Positions 15,234 through 31,459 are shown, counted from the first letter of the stretch. The stretch: 64,000 nucleotides of DNA from the human T2T-CHM13v2.0 reference genome, Homo sapiens (GCF_009914755.1 NC_060934.1); one strand, 5' to 3'. The notes: generated from the sequence alone by a model not told the origin. Translations and numbers: made by a program.

Positions 15234-16449
15234 AGCCCATCTTTCTAGTAACATGCAATTTTAGTTTCAGTTTGAGCAATAAAACTAAAAGTCAAGGTAC
15301 CTTTGTAGCCTCAAAAAACTAAAATACTCATTTCAAGCTCTGCATGAAGATTTTGGATTGCTATACTTGATTTTAATATCATCATACTTTTCATAAGGTG
15401 TGTGGCTTAATATGCATTTTGAAGATATTAAGTTTTGACATTTTGGTGCTTAATTGGAAGCAAATGAAATTCATGTTTTGTTATTAACTTTTCACAATGA
15501 TGTGTTCTCTCAAGAATCGAGTCCTTTCTGCAAACTGAAAATGGAGATTGAAAATTACAAAGAATAAGTCTTTAAATGCCACATGATGGAAGAGCTTATA
15601 CATATATATTAGTTTCAATAATTATCTCCAGCATTTTTAGAAAACATTATAGAACCACAGTTGGTGATTTGCAATATGCCAATAACATACAATTGCACAG
15701 CTTTCTTTTAAACCAAAATTTAAGTGCCAGGTCCCAATATGAAATAATTTTGTGTTAAACTGGGAAAGATATATAATTTTAGAAAATCTACTCTATAAGA
15801 ATGCATATAGTAACACAGCAAAAAAAAAAAAAAAAAAAGGTGGGGGGAACCTTCACAAAAAACTGCGTATTAAAAATCTCCATCATGCCCTTCAAAAAGT
15901 AAAGGAAAAGTCTTTTAAATTTGTGAAATGTTACTCAAATTCTAATTTAACAGATGGAATCTTCACTGCTGTCCACAAAGTAGATCATTTTGAATGTTCA
16001 TTTTTTTCCTTGCAATAATTATTAATCTCTCTTCTGTTCCATTCATCTATCAAGTCTCCATGAGAAAAGACAGGCAGAATTTGGATAACACCTACAATAG
16101 CCCAAGTAGAAATAAACTCTAAACATTGTCACCCACTTTCCCCTACCTCAGGACAAGTCACTTTAACTATGAAACATCAGAACCCCCCAACAGAAAACCT
16201 CTTATAGAAACATCACACAGAAATGCTTATAAAACCCTTGGATCTAGGGAAGTCCCTTTAATAGGTAAAATTAAGACCTGAAAGCCCACAACTGCATGTA
16301 GCAAAGTGGCTAACAGCAATGGAGAATCAGAAAAAGCTACATTCAAAGCCAGCTCTGACCTTATTTTTTGGGTAGCTGTTGGTAAATCCAGTGGCCTCTC
16401 TAACACCTCCAGACCTTACTCTCCTCATTTGGAAAAGAGGATGGTGGTT

Positions 16450-16890
16450 GTGGGTAGACAGAATAATGGTCTCCCCAAAGTTATCCATGTCCAAACTCCT
16501 GGAACCAGTGAATGTTACCTTCTATGAAAAAGGGACTTTGCAGACAGGATGGAGGTTAAGAACCTTAAAATGGAAAGATTATCCTTCATTATCCAGGTAG
16601 AGCCCCATCTAATTACATAAGTCTGGAAAAATGGAGAGCCACGCCTGGCTGCGGCCAGAGAGAAACGTGATGATGGCCAGAGAAATACTACACTGCCCAC
16701 CTTGAAGACAAACAAAGGGAGTCATGAGCCAAGGAAAGTGAGCAGCATTTAGAAGGCAAGGATATAGATTCTCCCCTAGAGCCTCGAGAAAGGAGCACGG
16801 TTAACACACTGATTTTATGGCATTCTGACCCATGTCAGCCTTCTACCAAGCAGAATTGCCAGGTAATGAATTTGCATTGTTTTCAGCCAC
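16450..16890 (+). mobile_element. MaLR LTR (MLT1D-like)
   Basis: agacagaataatggtctccccaaag...gtgaatgttacctt...gggactttgcaga...gattctcccctagagcctc...aatttgcattgttttcagccact. Confidence 0.85.
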
Positions 16891-19800
16891 TTATGCCTGC
16901 TCTGCCAGATGTAGGACAAATAAAGAGATAAGGTATACAACTTCCAGAACACAATAAGTATGTTTACTATGAGCTTTTATTAAATTATATTGTGATGGAT
17001 GATAAATACGTTCTACTTTTGTAAATATGAGAATAGTTTCAAGAGTAAAGAAGACAGATGCAAAGCTCAATCGCTGTGTCTTGGATCTACACAGGAATAG
17101 TAATGGGAAAAAGAACACGGAAAGAAGACAGCATGCTAGAAAATGCATGTTCAACATAGATATGGCACAAAATGAAGACCTTCCACAGACGCTCTACATC
17201 CTCCTCTAGAGGGCCCCACAGAAACACAAAGTCGTTTTTATTATTTCACTTAACAGGAAGCAAAGCCGAGCCTCAGAGAGATGAATCTGACTAGCATATA
17301 AATAAATACAGAATAAATTTGAGATGGGAAATCAAGTCAAAGATCCTATTTTCTCCAAATCTTCCTGCTCTGGAGCATCTAACATATCCACAGCACAGGG
17401 CACTGGCAGGCTACAAACTAAGATTATCTGCAGACCTCTGAATAGGATTCTGTTCGTTTTTGATTAATCAAACGTAATAACCTGCCTTTACCAAATTAAT
17501 GCAATTTTGATGACACCACTTAAAATTTTTCTGAACATATCTGAGGGTAATGAAGATCATCACAGACAATTCATCCTGCTGGTGCCATCACTCAGTCTTA
17601 AACAGAGGGCTTAAAAGGATCAAAGAACTTGCAGATTCTACCCTCATACAGGAAAATGAAAGCTGATTTAAGCCAAGTCTAAGTGAAATCTCAAAGACCT
17701 CTAGGTTCAAACTCCACACACCCTGAGAAGCCATTTTAATGTGACACCCTGTGAGCAATCTCTCACTTTCCATTGCTTTCTTCATGTATAAGCTAGACAT
17801 ATCCAGGGAAAGTCAATTATGATGGGTGTCATTGGACACTCAATGTCAATATATGCAATTGTTTTCCTATGAAATAAAGACTTATAATTCTTTTAAAAAG
17901 GCATCATATTTTGGCCCTGGATAAAGTACAAAACATGTTGGAGAATACTAGAAACAAGAATAAACTTGAAGATGCCTCCATGACCCTCTCTTCATCTAAG
18001 AAACATGAGCAGCCTCCATGAGTCAAGCCAGATCCAGCGGCTTAGTCAACAAGAAGCACAACACAGAAAGTGCGTGTTTGAGAGATGACAGGGAGATGTC
18101 ATGGGCAGATGTGCCTATAAAGAAGAATGTAACAGAAGAGAATAGAAAGAAAATTCAACAGATATGGGAGAACTAGAGCATAATGAAATAAATTTCAAAA
18201 ACTTAACAATAAAACTAAAGGAGTTGGAGATACATGCATTTTTTAAGTTTGAAGTCAGGCTGTTCCATGATGTATAATTCTAAACTATCACTAATTCAAA
18301 AATCACTTTTCGTCTCCATAGTTTATAAATTATAGATTTCTATAATTAGGATCATACCTACCAATACATTTAAATTCTTCTGCCCTTTCACTCAAGGATG
18401 TCCAAAAAAATTATAAATTAGATCAAGTATTTGAGTTTCTGAATTCCCCTTTTTCTATCTCTTATTTTTTTTTAAGATTTCATTTACACTTGTCTCCCAT
18501 AAAGCACACGTGATAACCTGTGGCACTTACATAAAAGAAAAACTAACCAAACACTAACATGCTTTTGTAGATTATCACAGTGTATTATCCAACATAAGAA
18601 AGGGAGCTAAATGAGATCAATCTTTAATAAAGCCATTTCCAGCAAAATATCATGCAGGAGAGGGCAGAACATTCCCGCTGCTTCCTGAACAACACAGGAG
18701 ACCACCATCATCATAAGCTTCTATCTGTCAATTGCCAAAGGGAGACCTGTCCGACAAGAGCTAATGCCATCCTTTAAGAAGAAAGTATTTCTTGAACACT
18801 CATGCCTAATAGAGATATTCCACTGCATCTGGAAACCACAGTGAAAGATATTCACCTATGATACTCCCTAGCCCTGATGCTTACATTTCAGAGCTGAAAT
18901 TTAATTCTGTTGTCCCTCAGGGTGACATAGTCTATCACCCACTGAGCCTTCAGACTAATTAGATTCCCAGTTTAAGACTTATGTTCAACTAATAGCCTTG
19001 AGTATGTCAACCACAAACCACAATGAAAATATGCAAATTCGTATAGCCATCAGCTAACTGACCCACCTGCCAAATATAATATAAACCCCTCTTGCTCTAC
19101 TCTCTATCATGAGTGCCACTGTTACACTGGTATCCACCCATGAGGTTACAACTACATAACACTACTGCTTAAGTATTAATAAAAAGTAGGATAGCACAGT
19201 AAGACAGAACAAAATAATTCAGAAATGGGCTAATCACATACAGATAGGTTGACTCCAAACTGGAGGAAGTGGCACGAGTTGTGATTTTATCATGAACACA
19301 TGCAGTGTTCCCTCAAAGAGAACATGGTAAGACTGGCAAATGGGCAAGATGAATAATCTCAGAAGCAAATGCGATGATGTAGTAACTAATTATTACGTAG
19401 ACACAACAAAAAGGGAACTAAAAATCAATTTGTAAGCTTTCTGATGACTGAATTTACTTTAATGACACAGAGACAATACTAAATCCTTAATCATTCTCTG
19501 AGCCTTACTTGCTAGCATGGTTCATTAAAAACTCATTTAAATAGAGCTAGTGTTTAACTGGACGAGTAAGCAAAAGGATATATTTGAACCAATGATGTTT
19601 TGTAATCATAGTAATACAAACTATACCAATAAAAACTCGCTACAGAACAAGAATCTTAAGCTTGCCACTGGAAAACTTTAAATGTTATGCATGTGAGATT
19701 AATTCCACGCTTCATCAGCATATTAAGAAGGGTATATACTGTCTGATAAAAAAGACCTAAAACTTAGAAAAGAACACTAAAATACCATGAGCACATTAAA

Positions 19801-20256
19801 GACTAGCGAATGTTCCTACTGGCTAAGCCAAGAATGGCAAAGTGTGGATAGACTTTCTCGTACACAGTACCAGGAAACTTGACCTCAAACCCGTCTCAGG
19901 CTCTAGCCCCATGGTTTGTGATATTAGAGCAGTACCTCACCTATGGGTATATGTTCCAGCCTTGCCACTCTGCCAACCTTCCAACATATCTAAGAGGGAG
20001 TAACGTGGAAACAGGGGTCAACAGCATAGTGTTCTAATCTGTGAACAATTTAGCTTGACAATTCATATGTTTACGTGTATCCAGAAATGCCTGCATTAAC
20101 AAATGATAAATAAGAGAATCCCTCAATAGTAACTCTTTAAATTAACAACACAGTCTGCAGTAGGGATTTTGCTTAAAAGAAAAAAAAAAGATTTTTTTTT
20201 TCTAAGAGGCGTGAGCCTCTGTGCCCGGCCAAAATATTTTTATTAATCAAAAGTCC

Positions 20257-20622
<366 letters not shown>

Positions 20623-20970
20623 TCATACACAGACACACACACAGCCTCTCTAAACTGTAATTAAAAGACAACCACCACCAAAACCCACAGCACCAATCAC
20701 AATGTTAAACGTTAGTGAGCAAGCAACTGGGGGTGAAATACTTTCCATCTTCTTCCTAATCTCCACTAAACACCACTCCCTTCACTCCCAGGCATAAGTC
20801 ACATCCTGAAATCTCCCCCAGTCCCTACGCTGTAATAGTCCCAGGGCATGAAAAGCTGCCAATGTGAATGCACAACCCAGAAACATAGCAGGACAGTCAC
20901 GACCAGGCAGGAGCATGCCCTGCTCTCCTGCTCCTCTGAATGTCTGCATCCACTGGTGAGTCCACAAAAA

Positions 20971-21061
20971 CAGAGCTGAGATCCTTAGTGGGAAGGCCCT
21001 TCCTTTCTAGTCTTTCAGAGCTGAGATCTTTAGTTAGGAAGGCCCTTTCTTTCTAGTCTTT
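20971..21061. repeat. Tandem duplication, 2 x about 45 bp
   Basis: cagagctgagatccttagtgggaaggcccttcctttctagtcttt followed by cagagctgagatctttagttaggaaggccctttctttctagtcttt. Confidence 0.95.
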
Positions 21062-22984
21062 TTACCTCTTCAGCTAGCTGGATATAGTAAACCAGGGCTT
21101 GGTTCCACGGGTGGGGAGCCCTTGTCTCCATACCCACACACCACCCTCAAACCCTCCTCCTGCTGTGCCACCAGCAAGTTACGAATGTTTAGATGCAGGG
21201 AAAGTAGGAGTCCCACTTAAGCTACAACTGCCTCCTCCTACCAACTTGTACCGTTGAGCTCCCTGCTACAGTTCATATCCAGTGTCGTCAGAAACAAGGG
21301 TAATTCCGTCTCTACCATCAAGTAATACCATCTCACAGAACCGAGACATTCCCTCGTTGGGCTTCCTTAACGCATCACTCATTCCATTGTTGAACTTGTA
21401 AAAAATGACTCATCACTAAAATGTCTTGCCATCTGGTAAACTCTATACTTTATTTTTTGGCAATCAGTAGTGGAAAACTTTTCATTCTAAAATAGAAACT
21501 TGAAGGATCACTTCCTTAGTCCTAAATTTTGCAAATTATATTTAAAATGAGAAGCACTAGAAAAGAAAACTTGGCTGTGGCTTTGGCCAATCAATCAGAA
21601 CTGGGAAGCAGTTAAGCAATTTGCACAAAGTCATGGAAAACTTCTCCACACAATGTTAGGTCTAGAGATGATGCAGCAGGGGTCAGCACATCACCAGCCC
21701 TGGCATTTAAAGACAAGATGGTATTTCCAACTCTAAGAACTAGCCTTGTTTCCAAGGCAACCTGCCCTTTGTATAGGGGACTCACTTGGGAGTTCATAAT
21801 CCCTTTACCTGCTGACTTCACAATTTGAACAAGAACCTCAGCAATGACTTAGCTTCCATCTAAAAGCATCACAAGAAAAACTGAGGGCCGTTTAACTACT
21901 TTAAAGGAAGAAAGGAATTCAGATGATTCTATTAAGACATGGGCTGGAGTGGGGAGGGTAGATAGAGAAGAAAAAAGTGATTCAGAAAAAAAGAAGAAAG
22001 TAGAACTAGGAGTTGCTGCTTAACAGTGATTTATTTTCAAATTAAGATATATCAAACCCACCACTTCTGTTCACTTCAAGTTCTGAATGAAAGTCCAGGT
22101 GAAAATGACACACAATGAAAACCTCAAATTCATTCTGACAACCACAAACCAATATTAGCAAAAGATCAAAGTTCAATAAATTTATTTTGTAAAATGTAAG
22201 GTTAATATTACAGTACAAAATGACTTTCAGTTTAATTTGCATGCAAGAAGGAAGGGTGTGATTTTTAAATACCCACCCAGGGGCAAAGATGAAAAACTTC
22301 ATTTTCTGACTCCTTTTTTGCTACTCTCATTATTTCAACACCTTCTACAAAGGAGAGATAACGGTGTCCTTGACATTAGCCTAAATTATCTTCAGTATGC
22401 AATACAATACTGATTAAATTAGGCTCATTTTAATCAACTGGCAGGTTTATTCAAAAAGTAACTAAATAATAAAATTCTTTTTATCAACTCTTCATTAGTA
22501 TAACCTGTTTAGCAATGTTTTTAAAAAACTGAACACAGAATAAATATTGTGTGCCCATCTTTTCACTCCCATATTTGACAGGTAAAAGAAATAACTTGCA
22601 AGTTAAATATTTCCCCCAATCCACAAATTGCTTTAATACTGAAATTTAATGCCAATCTTCTGGAAGGTAAATACTAGTGCCATCTAATGGACTTAGTCAA
22701 GCACAAAGAGTTTAAAAATTTTAAGTTTTAAAGAAAATCTATTCTAAGGAAAGCCAAACCCTCTACTTGCCTTCATTTGCTTCCCAAGACAACGTCCACA
22801 CAAGTGACCCAGAATAATGGAGATGGAGACACTTTATCCTGCGGTTTGCCAGGAATTCCACTCATTCTACCACCACAAGGTTGCTAATCATGAATGAGCT
22901 CTCAAGATGAGTCAGCCTCAAACAACTCACCAGCTGCGTGGCCCTAGGTAACTTCTTCACTCCTCTGGGCTCAGTAGTGATAGG

Positions 22985-23015
<31 letters not shown>

Positions 23016-23099
23016 CCCCATAAATTTCATTTGATTATGACAAATTGCTTAGGATGTTTCCTGTAAGTAGCAAGTTTTTAAGAAATGTTACTAATATTT

Positions 23100-23900
23100 G
23101 AGAAAGTTTCAAGAGACTGAGGTAATCAAGAGGGGAAGATGAAAGACAACTAAGTTAAGCCATATAGACTTTATCCTGAAAACTGCGGGGTGTCATTAAC
23201 ACACAGCAGTTTAACTTGCATTTATTCTGCACGAGGTTTCAAGGGGTATGGAGAAGGACTAGGAGGGTAAACACTCGTAGCTCATTAGTCTAATAATGAA
23301 GAAGTCATGAGGGCCAAGGCTAATGGAAAGGTGGTGAAAAGACAATCAGGATGTATAATTATTCAAATGCAGAATGGAGACTTATTTAAAAGGACTTGGT
23401 ATGTGGTGGATGGGTGCCATTATGAAGGAAAATGACAGATTTTAGGTGTCTAGGTTTGTCATTTGGGTGGTTGGGCAGAGGACAGGCACAAGGACAAACA
23501 AAAACAAAAGATGATGCATTCAGTTACAGGGAAAACTATCACATGCTCTCAGCCAGTTCCTGGGACACAACTGGAGATGGGAGTCCATGGTACAAAAAAG
23601 AGTTCGAGGCTAACTACTTGTAATTGGGTGCCGTCCACACTTAGGTACAATTGAAGCCACAGGTTTCATCCAATCTGAATGCGGATCACCCATGGAAATC
23701 AGAACTCAAACCTGGGTAACTGCTGAGATTGCAGGTTCCTCTTCCCTTCCTCCAAACCACTTTCAAAGGATTTTGAGAACTGACTAAAGAATATAAATAA
23801 AATCAAGGAAACAGGGTTTCACAAAACTAGGGAAAGAAAAGTAGCATGGAATAGCTGGATCAGCAGTACTCAACACCACAAGGAGGCCCATGAGCTCTTT
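23100..23900 (-). mobile_element. Degenerate L2 fragment
   Basis: Purine-rich text resembling antisense L2; highly diverged. Confidence 0.4.
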
Positions 23901-24184
23901 CTCTAACAAGGACACATGTGCATTATCACCCCAGTGCTATTAAACAGGTGACCCTAGAACAATGCAGGGATGCAAACCCCCCACACAGTCGAAATCTGAG
24001 TATAACTTTTGACTCACCAAAAACTTAACTACCAAAGCCTACTGTTGACTGGAAGCCTAGCCACTATCATGAAACAGTTAACACCTATTTTGTGTGTTAT
24101 ATGTATTCCACACTGAATTCTTATAATAAAGTAAACCTAGAGAAATGAAAATATTATTAAGAAAATCATAAGGCAAAGAATATA

Positions 24185-24794
<610 letters not shown>

Positions 24795-24849
24795 TAAAAG
24801 AAGTCAAAAATAGTCTTGAATAATCAGAACCCTTCTGTCAGATGGTGTA

Positions 24850-26240
24850 ATTTTGGTTTTCTGGCACTGCTTCGTCTCTGTCTTCTTCCTCATGATCAGG
24901 CACTGGTTCGGAAATACTCATCTCCATCAAGTTATTTTCTATTAATTCCTAAGCTGTGGTATCTATGAGCTCCTGAATTTCTCTGAGACTGATATCTTGA
25001 AGTCCTTCATCCCCCACTTTTTTGGCCATATCCACAATCTCTTTAATGATTTCCTTAACTGGCTTTGTTGTCAATTTTGTGAAGTCATTCACAATATCTG
25101 GACCCAGTTGTCTCCAGCAAGAATTTGTTATTTGGGATTTACTGGCTTTCACGATATTTCTATCACAAGGAAGGCACCTTCATTGGTAATTCTTCCAGAC
25201 TTTCATAATAATGTTCTATCAGTGGTCCCTTCCATAGTAACGACCATCCTTTCCAAAGGGTACTGTGTGTAATGAGCCTTACAGGTCTAAATTAGAGCCA
25301 TTGTGTTTGAGGCAACTAGACTACTTCAACGCCTTGAACTCCTGGGGCTCTGGGTAGCCAGGGGCGTTGGTCAATATCAAAAGAACTTTAAAAGGCGACA
25401 GTCCCTTACTGGCAAGGTACTTCCTGTCTTCAGGGACAAAGTATCAATAGAACAATCTGGAAAAGTGTTCCCAGTGTCCAGGCCTTTATGTTGTGCAATC
25501 AAAAGATTGGCAGCTGGTGTTTATCTTTTCCTTTCAAGGCTCAGGGGTTAGCAGCTTTGTAGATGAGGGCAGTCCTGACTGCCTCTGCTCAATACAATTG
25601 AGTTAGCCTATCTCTTCTGGACTTAAATCCTAGTGCTTGATCCTTTTCCTTACTAATAAATATCTTTTGCTGGCATTTTTTCCAGCACTTTCGTCTGCAT
25701 TAAAACCGTGTTTAGGCAGACACTCTTTCTCCTCAATGATTGTGCATCTGGAAACTCGTCTGCTGCCTCTTGGTTGGCAGAAGTTATTAATACTTCTGTT
25801 AGCTGAACATTTTTTTAAGCCAAGCCTCTTTAAAAAATTATCAAACCATCCTTTGCTGGCATTAAATTCTCCAGCTTTAAATCCTTCAGCTTCTTGTTGC
25901 TTTAACTTGCCATGTAATGACATTACTTTTTCTCAAATCATATTAGTCAATAGGTGCTTTTCCTTTAACCATCCTGCATCCACATAAAAGCCGCATTTTC
26001 AATATGAGATGAAAAGGTATTTCACAAAAGTACAAGGTTTTTGTGCCTGCTGGCATACCTGCAGCAACGGCTTCAGGAATTTCCTTTCTTGTTTTTTATA
26101 ATGGTCCCTACACTGGATTCATTTATCTTGACATGGTGGGCAACTGCAGTAGCTGCAGACTTCAATCTATGGTACATATCAACTCTTTGTTCTAATGTCA
26201 TGACTTTTCTCTCCTTTTTTGGGAGCATTTCCAGCATCAC
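24850..26240 (-). pseudogene. Decayed Tigger2 transposase
   Basis: ORF fragments 25630..25923 (GEFNASKGWFDNFLKRLGLK, CENP-B-type HTH motif; FNADES resembles the first DDE aspartate motif) and 24949..25152 (KEIVDMAKKVGDEGLQD); broken by stops and frameshifts. Confidence 0.85.
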
Positions 26241-27303
26241 TAGTGGCACTTCACATGGGTCCCTTGGCGTTATTCAAGGTTTACAGTTTCATATTAAACA
26301 TGATGAAAAATGCATGAGAACCAAGAGCAATTACTTTTTATTGTGATATGCAATTTCCTGGGAAGACAAATTGCTCACAAGGAGATGATGAGCATCACAC
26401 TGCACTTTAAGCAGACACGCACAACACTCGAGCTCACTGCAAGTAACAACAGGAGGGGGCTATGATATTACTATAGTAGTGCAGTCTGTGCTACAGTTAA
26501 TTTTATGCAGTTGCGATTTAATATTGCATCTTTATGGTTACTTACATTTCTCTCAACTGTGAATGGCACCACGTATGCTCTGTGTATATGGACGTTTTGA
26601 TAAATTTTAACTTCTTGTAACAGATTTTTGTATATTTTATGGTTGTAAATGACAGGGTATCTATATATATATTTTACACATTCATGACATATATTTTTAA
26701 ATTTTTTTCCTTATCTCGCTACATAGTTCATCTAAAATTTTTAACATGCCAAATCTCCAAAAATTTTTCCAATATACTTACTGAAAAAGATCCATGCATA
26801 TGTACACCCAAGCAGTTCAAACACAAGTTGTTCAAGGGTCAACTATACTTTTTAACTATTATTTCTGAGTAGACAACTTTGCACCAGCTTATAAGGCTGG
26901 GCTCATCACGTGTTTTCTTTATATTTATTCTTTTGTTCACACCATGTGCCCGCTATGTGCCACATGGTGTGAACTGTGTGAAGTGCTGCTTATAGAACAC
27001 TTTGTTAATCTAATAAAGCTACAAATGAACTTTCTCCATAAAAACATGCACAGAGTTGTTTCGTTCTGGATATACTTTCGGCAGATTCATAGATCCTTGT
27101 TCTATGAGAAATTAGAAGAAAAAGTACATTTTCTAACATTCACTTAAATATCAATGAGCATTTCCTCAATTCTATGACATCACTCTGACACTACAAAGTT
27201 ACATATTAGCAGAGTGTGAATTTCTTCTGAATATCTTCTAACTCTATTTTTACACTGAAAGATCTCTTCCAGTTGTTCTACTCCATTTTTCTACTTTATG
27301 ATA

Positions 27304-27640
27304 CAGTCATGTCACTTAACAACAGGGATACATTCTGGTTAGGTGATTTCATTGTTGTGTGAACATCATAGAGTATATTACATAAACCTGGAGGTATACC
27401 CTATTACACACCTAAGCTATTATGTTACAGCCTATTTGCTCCTAGGATACAAACCTGTACAAGATGTCACTGTACTGAATGCCCTATGCAACTGAAACAC
27501 AATGGTAAGTATTTGTATATCTAAACGTATCTAACCAAAGAAAAAGTACAATAAGAATATGGGATTATAATCTTATGGGACCATCATCCTATATGCAATG
27601 CAATATTGACCAAAATATTGTTATTCAGTAAATGACCATA
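27304..27640. mobile_element. Tigger3a/MER7-type MITE
   Basis: cagtcatgtcacttaacaacagggatacattctg...gaacatcatagagt...gattataatcttatgggaccatcat...atgacca. Confidence 0.85.
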
Positions 27641-27682
27641 TAAATGTACGAAGGCAGAACCTAAAAGTAAACAATGTTTTAA

Positions 27683-27911
27683 GTACACCTGGACATAAAG
27701 ATGGGAACAATAGACACTGAACACTACTAGAAGAGGGAGGAAGGGAAAAGGACATGCGCTGAAGAACTACCTACTGGGTACTATGCTCACTACCTGGATT
27801 GCGGGATCATCCATACCCCAAACCTCAACATAACGCAATATATCCATGCAACAAACCTGCACATATATCTCCTGAATCCAAAATAAAAGTTGAAAATATT
27901 TTTTTAAAAAA
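27683..27911 (+). mobile_element. L1 3' end (L1PB or old L1PA)
   Basis: ggacataaagatgggaacaatagacactg...ctacctactgggtactatgctcactacctgg...aacaaacctgcacat...aaaataaaagttgaaa. Confidence 0.88.
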
Positions 27912-27980
27912 GCAATATTCAATCACTCTATATCAACTATAAGAGAATTATAACATGAGAATACCAAAAATATGATTGCA

Positions 27981-28280
27981 GGCAGGGTGCGGTGGCTCAC
28001 ACCTATAATCCCAGAACTTTGGGGGACCAAGGCAGGCAGATCACTTGAGCTCAGGAGTTTGTGACCAGCCCGGACAACATGGTGAAACCCCATCTCTACT
28101 AAAAAATACAAAAATCAGCCAGGCATGGTGACACATGCCTGTAATCCCAGCTACTCAGGAGGCTGAGAGAAGAATCGCTTGAACCTGGGAGGCGGAGGTT
28201 ACAGTGAGCCAAGATCGCACCACTGCACTCCAGCCTGGGTGACAGAGCAAGACTCCATCTAAAAAAACAACAAAAAAAAA
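27981..28280 (+). mobile_element. Alu (S or J)
   Basis: Full dimer with A tail. Confidence 0.95.
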
Positions 28281-28498
28281 CAGACTATTGACCCAAAAGT
28301 ACACTGTTACTCCTTGGATTAACACCATTTGCCCTAAACATCTACATCCACTAGAAATGGCAAAACAGTCCTTTGCAATTCTATCTGTTGGCAAAAATAT
28401 TTCAGCTCTAGAAAGCATTCAGTACGTCGGCAAGAGATAATAAACACCCCCATTTCCATGAAAGGCTGCACTTCAATTTCCACATAGCCAACGGGTTA

Positions 28499-29050
<552 letters not shown>

Positions 29051-29184
29051 AAATGTGCCTGTATATGCAGACAGTGAACAAAATCACAGGCACAAAGCAA
29101 GTGAGCCCAAGGTCCAGCGGCTGCAGAACAGTAGGGACGGTGGTTGATGTTGTTGTTGCTATCATTAGTATCATCCTAATTTAG

Positions 29185-29535
<351 letters not shown>

Positions 29536-29939
29536 TTAAGAATAATATTAAGTGCAACAAAAAAATTATGTAACAATCTACATAAAACTCTGTATAAGTA
29601 GCTGCTTTGAATATTCCTACGTTTTAATCCCCATATGTCTTGAGGAAGTATATTGGCATGGGTAGAAGCAGGAAGAGATTAGGAGAATGGAAAGAAGAAA
29701 TTCTTCTAACACATTAGCAAAAAGTGTTAAGTATTGGGGAAAAGATCAAAGGGCTTATCGCCATCAGAGAACGCTGTCTTGGTGTGCCTGAAAATCCCCC
29801 ATCTAAGACACAAAGGGAAACAGGGAAGTCAAAACGGATACCAGACAGTTCATGCAATGAGACGAGAGTATTTCAGCATCTTCCATGACGAAGAACAGTA
29901 ACACAAATTAAAACAGAGCAATATTAAAGTAAGATATGT

Positions 29940-30246
<307 letters not shown>

Positions 30247-30968
30247 TAATGTTTAACCCACAATTATCTTTAAAAAAAAAAAAATAGTTAGGCTTTAAAA
30301 AGCCAAATCTGATTATAATTAACTCCATGTCAATGCTCAAAATTTTGTTGGTACAAAAATGCTTTTCCTTCAAAGACAGTAAACTTACTGGACAAACACC
30401 CGAGCTGGTTTTTAGTAATAAATCTAGTCAGTACTGTTATTAATAGTGTTGTTAAAAAAAACTGAGAACGAGAGTGTATTCTGTCAATCAAGAGCTGATA
30501 AAACATTCCAAAAATAATCCCAAGTTCTTCACCACTGATTCATCACCAATTCAAAACTCTCGTTGAAAGACTTTGGTGTCTCTCCCACCATTCACCTTGA
30601 CCTCTACTCAACACCTACGCTTCCACACATTGGAGCCACTTGTAGGACTTCAGTATAACAAAAAAAAAATTTTTAATATTCTAATAGTTTTACTCACTCC
30701 CTCAAATATGCATATAAAAAGTACTTAAATCATTTAATGTTGTTATATCTTCAAATCTACAGTGACTACAGTGACTTCACTGAACAGAAGAAAATTTGGA
30801 GAAAAACTAAGTCTCCATTAATAATCACCCCAAACATCTATGAAAGAAGTAACAGTGCTAGCAGTACTGCTTTACAATACCAACATGTTTCAAAGACTGT
30901 AAACAACATGTCAAGTATCCAAGTGGGAAAAGGCCTAAGCTCTTATCTTTAATCTCTCAGTTTTCTAA

Positions 30969-31041
30969 AAACACTATTTAAAACCTATATAAAGATATTA
31001 CAAGGAAACACTATTTAAAACCTATATAAAGATATTACAAG
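30969..31041. repeat. Perfect 36-bp tandem duplication (period 37)
   Basis: aaacactatttaaaacctatataaagatattacaag at 30969-31004 and 31006-31041. Confidence 0.97.
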
Positions 31042-31459
31042 TACTGAATCATTATTTCCCAAAAACCATCACGTTTTCTTGTAGAAGGTCCTGAAAACAT
31101 CTCACAATCTTTAGTGTGGACAGTGTCCACACCAGAATACAATCACCAGTGTGAAGTCTTGAATTATGGTTCTCACCATTCTTGGTTGAACCTTTACAGT
31201 GGTACCTCCTGTCCCTTTGGGTTGGCACAGTGGCCTTGACTCATCACCCTGCTCTTCTAAGCAGAAGTCAACACAGTCAACACCTTGGATGGGACATAAT
31301 TAATTTAAAACATTAAATTTTTGATATTCATGACCAAAAGACTGAAAGAAAAAGTGATGAGGCCCCTAGGTGGGTAACTGAGCGAAAGAAAAATTAGGGC
31401 TTCAGTGATAAACTTAATTGGGGTCAAAGTTAGAAATATAACAGGAAGCAACTTCTAAG

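Noticed and set aside
25630-25923. Possible domesticated TIGD/CENP-B-like gene
   Set aside because: Transposase is fragmented by stops and frameshifts and sits between TIRs; a neutral fossil.
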